A program made the translations under genes and the position numbers. The notes beneath the pieces were generated by a model that saw only the letters and a program-made list of their open reading frames with translations, had not been told where the DNA came from and did not search any database. Positions 59,791 through 64,000 of a DNA stretch of 64,000 nt are shown piece by piece. Numbering within the stretch: position 1 is the first letter of the stretch; each line of letters opens with the position of its first letter. This DNA is from Octopus sinensis (Eukaryota): NCBI RefSeq assembly GCF_006345805.1, contig NC_043010.1, positions 43,338,001-43,402,000 on the forward strand. Reading direction: 5' to 3'.

Positions 59791-61089
59791 TACCAGGTTG
59801 AATCAAAAGTTCTTTCATTGACCATTTTTGGCAACCTACATCTCCATGTTATATCATAAATTTGATACAAATTGTTTATTCTTTACTAGCACTATGACCT
59901 GGCAACGAGCCCTCTAACTGAAAAATTGTGGATTTGTATAAAGGACACACACACAGACATTTTGCCGTTTATATATAGAGAGATTTTCATATGTAACATA
60001 CAAACATTAATTGTTTATTCTTTATTTTACAGTTTTAATAACGAGAAGTGAAAAAGTGCGATTAAAACCATTTTACGCTACTCGCGGAAAAAATAGGACT
60101 GAGTGCAAGGGCAGCAGTAAATGAAATAAATAAATACGTTCGTTGACAGCTCCTTGGCTGTCAACGAACGTATGGCACAAAACTGGTTCAGACGTTTAAA
60201 GGAAGATGACACCAGTCACGAAGACAAACCAAGGTCGGAAAGACCTTCTGTTGTAGAAGAGGAGGCCTTGTTTGAAATGGTTGAATAACAACTATGCACA
60301 AGTACACATTCAACGTTGGTACTTCACAAAGCACCATCAATCGACATCGCCATAAGTTCGGCCTCGTGAAAAGACGCCGCCGAGAAGCTCCTCATGAACT
60401 GACCAATGACCAAGCTCAACTATATGTGAACATTTGCAAGCAACTACTGATAAATCCTCGAGATTTCGTGTCGATTGTGATCGTGGAAGAAAAATGAATC
60501 TATTTTCATAATCTTGATGCGAGAAATGAGTGGCTTTGTTCCAGACAGGCTTCAGAACCAAATGTCAGACAAGAGCAGTTTGAACAGGTCGTGTGTGTTT
60601 GGTGGAATTTCGGGGAGGTTTTGCACTTTGAGCTTTTCTCAGATGGTCATGCTGTGAATGCTAACTTTTATGCTCAACAACTGCAGTGAGTATATGATGC
60701 TTTGAAAACCCACTACCCAGTATTGGTCAGTCAAGGAAGCGCACTCTTACAGCGTGACAATGCACCAGTACACACTGCCAATGTGACCAAGCACAAACTT
60801 AAGGAACTTGAGGGGTTGTAAGTGCTGCCTCACAGTCCAGACCTTGCACCAACAGATTACCATGTTTTCTGAGCCATGGCTCATTTGCAACATGGACGCG
60901 GGGTTCAACAATGTGGCTGAGGTTGAAAACGGGGGCAGGAAATGGTATTAGCGTGGGATTGAGCATCTGGTACAATGATGACAACAGACAATAGAATATG
61001 ATGGGATATATTTTGATGAAATTTAGTTCAACAATTAATTAAAGCTTGAAATACAAAAAGAAAAAAAAAACTTTTGTCTCAACCTGCTA
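59791..61089 (+). mobile_element. Degenerate near-full-length mariner
   Basis: TIRs taccaggttgaatcaaaagtt / aacttttgtctcaacctgcta. Motifs: NWFRRFK.DDTS.EDKPRS.RP, VWWNF, DNAPVH and SPDLAPTDYH. Confidence 0.85.
59886..59979 (-). mobile_element. 94-bp mini-Helitron nested in mariner
   Basis: The minus strand begins TCTATATATAAACGGCAAAATGTCTGTGTG and ends cgttgccaggtcatagtgCTAG|T. Confidence 0.6.
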
Positions 61090-61399
61090 TAGTAGACATG
61101 AATAATGTTAAAGCCATAGTGGACTGACTGCTTTATATAGCACCTAACACACGCTATTGACTGGATTAGGAAGCCACATACTTCTTAATTGATGAGTGGT
61201 CAACAAACCATGAAATAGTCCATCAGGAGAACCCATTCCCTTCTTTTTGCTGCACATCACTATCATAGAAAGAATCTGTTTACGTTCTTACTTAATCGAC
61301 AGTTAGGTTTTGTAATGTTTGAATTTATTTCAGGTTTTCTGATTTACACTGCATTGACATAAATGATTGGCGTTTAATTAATGATGAGCCATCAAAAGT

Positions 61400-63720
61400 A
61401 CAAATATGCAAATTAAACTGCGCACCATAGCACTTGTCTAATTCTTGACTGCTTTATATGCAACTAATTGAAGAAAGAATCCATGATACACCTTTGTGGA
61501 GTGGTCAACAAAACACGAACAGTCTGTTAGGAGACTCCTTTTCCTCTACAATCAATAGCCAACAAAGAAGGTACTTACATTCTAACTACCTCCACAGTGA
61601 GGCTTTTGTCTTTGTCAGACTGATTGGTCAAGCTGAAGTTTCGACAGGTTCTTGTAAGTTTGTCAATAAGGAGTCGAAGGTACTCCTCCAAGTATGTTGC
61701 CAGTGCTGCGTCATCTGCAAAGAACATCTTTCTGATGAATACCCCGCATACTTTGATTATGGTCCTCAATTGTTGGATAGCTTCCCATTTGACTGGACAG
61801 CTTCCCATTTGATTTTGCATGAGGATAAATACCATTAGTTGATGTTCCAAAGGCGAGCTTCAGTACGATGATGGAGAAGCTGCCGAATAGACGTAGGGGG
61901 CAGTCGCACAGACCTGAAGGATTCCGGGGAAAAGCCATCAAAATGAATCATGTCATTCGTGCCTTTTTGGAATGAAGGAACAACAGACTGAGTAAGCTCG
62001 GAACATATCCATCTTTATAAGGACTTTGAACAGGCCGTGTAAACTAACAATGCCTTTGTGAGTGAGACGAATGAAAATAATGTACAGTGGTTGATTTTGT
62101 TCTCTGCATTTTTCTTGCAGTTGAAGACGATCATGTCAATTGTAAAATGTTCCGATCTTAGGCTACATTGAGACCCAGATTATATTCTATCAGCGATTTT
62201 CTGCAGTCTGTTGAAGATCGCGAGCGAAGACAATGCAGTTGCTTGCAGTCATTTCTTGTTCTTGTTTGCAGTCGTTTTTTGTTCTTGTACAAGGTGACTA
62301 TATTGCAGTCTTTTGTATCCTGTGGCACTGTTCCTTCTTCCCAGTACTGGTATTTTGCGTAGGTGGCGTTGTAAGATGGCATTTGCACACTTCGTAGCAT
62401 CTGGCATTCTGCCAACCAATCCGACTAGTGATAAGGCTGTCAATTGTTTGTTTTATTCAGCTATTCAGCAGTTGACAATTTATCTAGTTCTTATATTACA
62501 AACAGGTATTCTCCGGCGCCTAGCGCACTGTTCGATTCGGAGTAAATGGAATAGACTTCAAAGTAATGCTGAATCCACTTCTCCATCCCTTAGAGTTTTA
62601 AGTAGTTTTATCCTCTTCATGGTTGAGGTGATTATTTTTTTTTATACCCTGATACACTCCATGGATTTAGCCTTTGCAAAGCTGTTGGTAATTGTGATTT
62701 GAAGTGTCTGGTCGTTTTCTGGACTTTACTATTTGCTGTTCTTAGTGCTTGCAGGGTTGCCTGGGTAGAGTAACTATTCTGTTGAAGCAGGATTGCAGTC
62801 TTTGCCTCGATGAGAGCTGTGAGCATACTTGAGCTTGCTTCAAACCAGTTATGCGTTTTGTCCTGCTTCCTCCTAAAGGCCTTCAGAATATTACTGTGGA
62901 TGGTATTTCTAGGAGAGTCTCATAGTACTTATGAATGTCTTGGTAGGTCCGCAGCAAAGCATCTTCCAGTGACCTGATGAACTTTACCACTTTGTTATAC
63001 TGGTATCAATGCGTTGCTTACTAGAAGGTTTCATACCGTGCGTCTTCTTTGACTGAAGTTAGCAAACCAGAGAATGACCTGTGTCGTAATCGGTGTTCTG
63101 AAAGGATCGACTTATAAATACATGTCTTAGATATCTTATAACAGATCTAGTTGATGCTGGTGCTTTGGAACGAAGTGTCACAAAAACACTTTATGCAAGG
63201 ATTTATTCTGGAAGGTAGGGTTTGTGACACACCACAGAGTCCATGGAGTGTGCAATGCTCAATCAATTCTTGTCCATCGTCATTTATGCTGCCAATTGTT
63301 GCAACTCTAGGTAGCTCGGTCAGGAATCGTGATCAGCCCTCAATCTGGTGTTGGAGTCGCCAAGCAGTAGAAGCTCTTGTTGGTTGCGGATCCTGAGCTA
63401 GTTATAGAAATCGTCGTTTGATTTTTGCGCATAGGATAGAGGCATAGACATTGATGAGGTTAGCAGGTCCGTCGGCTGTGGGAAGCAAAAGTGATGAAAT
63501 CCACTTCGTCCCTTTCTAATTAGAGTTCACAATCTTCAGCAGTTTTATAGCCTCTCTAACGAAGAGGTACTAATTCTACGAGATGTATCTTTGGAGAGTT
63601 TAGATGTCTACTCTTATTAATTATTGGTGTGCTTTATGTGCCAGACCACAGAAGAATCTTCAGAAGGTTATCTAATAGTTCAGGGGTCATGGTTTGTAGA
63701 TCCTAGCAGCCTAGCCTCTC
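61400..63720 (-). mobile_element. Degenerate RTE-clade LINE (endonuclease plus RT)
   Basis: Minus strand: APE remnants at 63100-63720 (IGSINDDGQELIEHC, DTGHSLV), DCNIVTLYKNK (~62310) and MFFADDAALA...LIDKL..CRNFSLT (~61700). Confidence 0.85.
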
Positions 63721-63760
63721 TGTTGGCTTTTTCTTTTGTCTTCTTGTTATACGTCTATAT

Positions 63761-63807
<47 letters not shown>

Positions 63808-64000
63808 CAAATTGAGGGAATGAAACAGGTAATATGTAAGCTACATATGTTTCTTAACAAGATGAAGCTCAGGATGCAATTGTTATCAATGGGCTATGCT
63901 CAACGTAGCTAAACACCAGGTTAAGATTACCTTAATGAAAATTACATTTAGTCCATTATAGAATGGATTAAGCGGAGCAGGAGCACACACGAGGACCTTA

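Noticed and set aside
3202-63815. The many short ORFs rich in YI, HT, CV, II or KK repeats in the ORF track
   Set aside because: They are translations of (TA)n, (CA)n, (ATT)n and similar microsatellites or SINEs, not genes.

Overview
AT-rich, microsatellite-dense eukaryotic DNA. The tRNA-derived SINE families, RTE tails and composition suggest an octopus or other coleoid cephalopod; this is inferred, not database-checked. Two protein-coding genes lie on the + strand. (1) The last five coding exons of an SH3PXD2/Tks-like adaptor (10137-25003): GT-AG sites, consistent phases, four SH3 domains, about 821 aa in this window, with the PX exons probably upstream. (2) A complete intronless 722-aa TMEM63/OSCA (CSC1-like) channel ORF (38338-40506). 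The rest is a mosaic of decayed transposons: RTE and CR1 LINEs, Penelope-like elements (PLE), mariners, Helitrons, a hAT MITE, LTR-like inserts and three SINE-like families. The most unusual signal is a set of at least 9 minimal type I hammerhead-ribozyme motifs in unrelated PLE-like terminal repeats, often within inverted repeats. They include an intact canonical copy (41281-41317, -), a family with an apparent G3-C8 swap of the catalytic-core tertiary pair (4892-5217) and two copies with U4->C (53564-53624, 56322-56359). All coordinates and folds were read by eye; no searches or folding programs were run.
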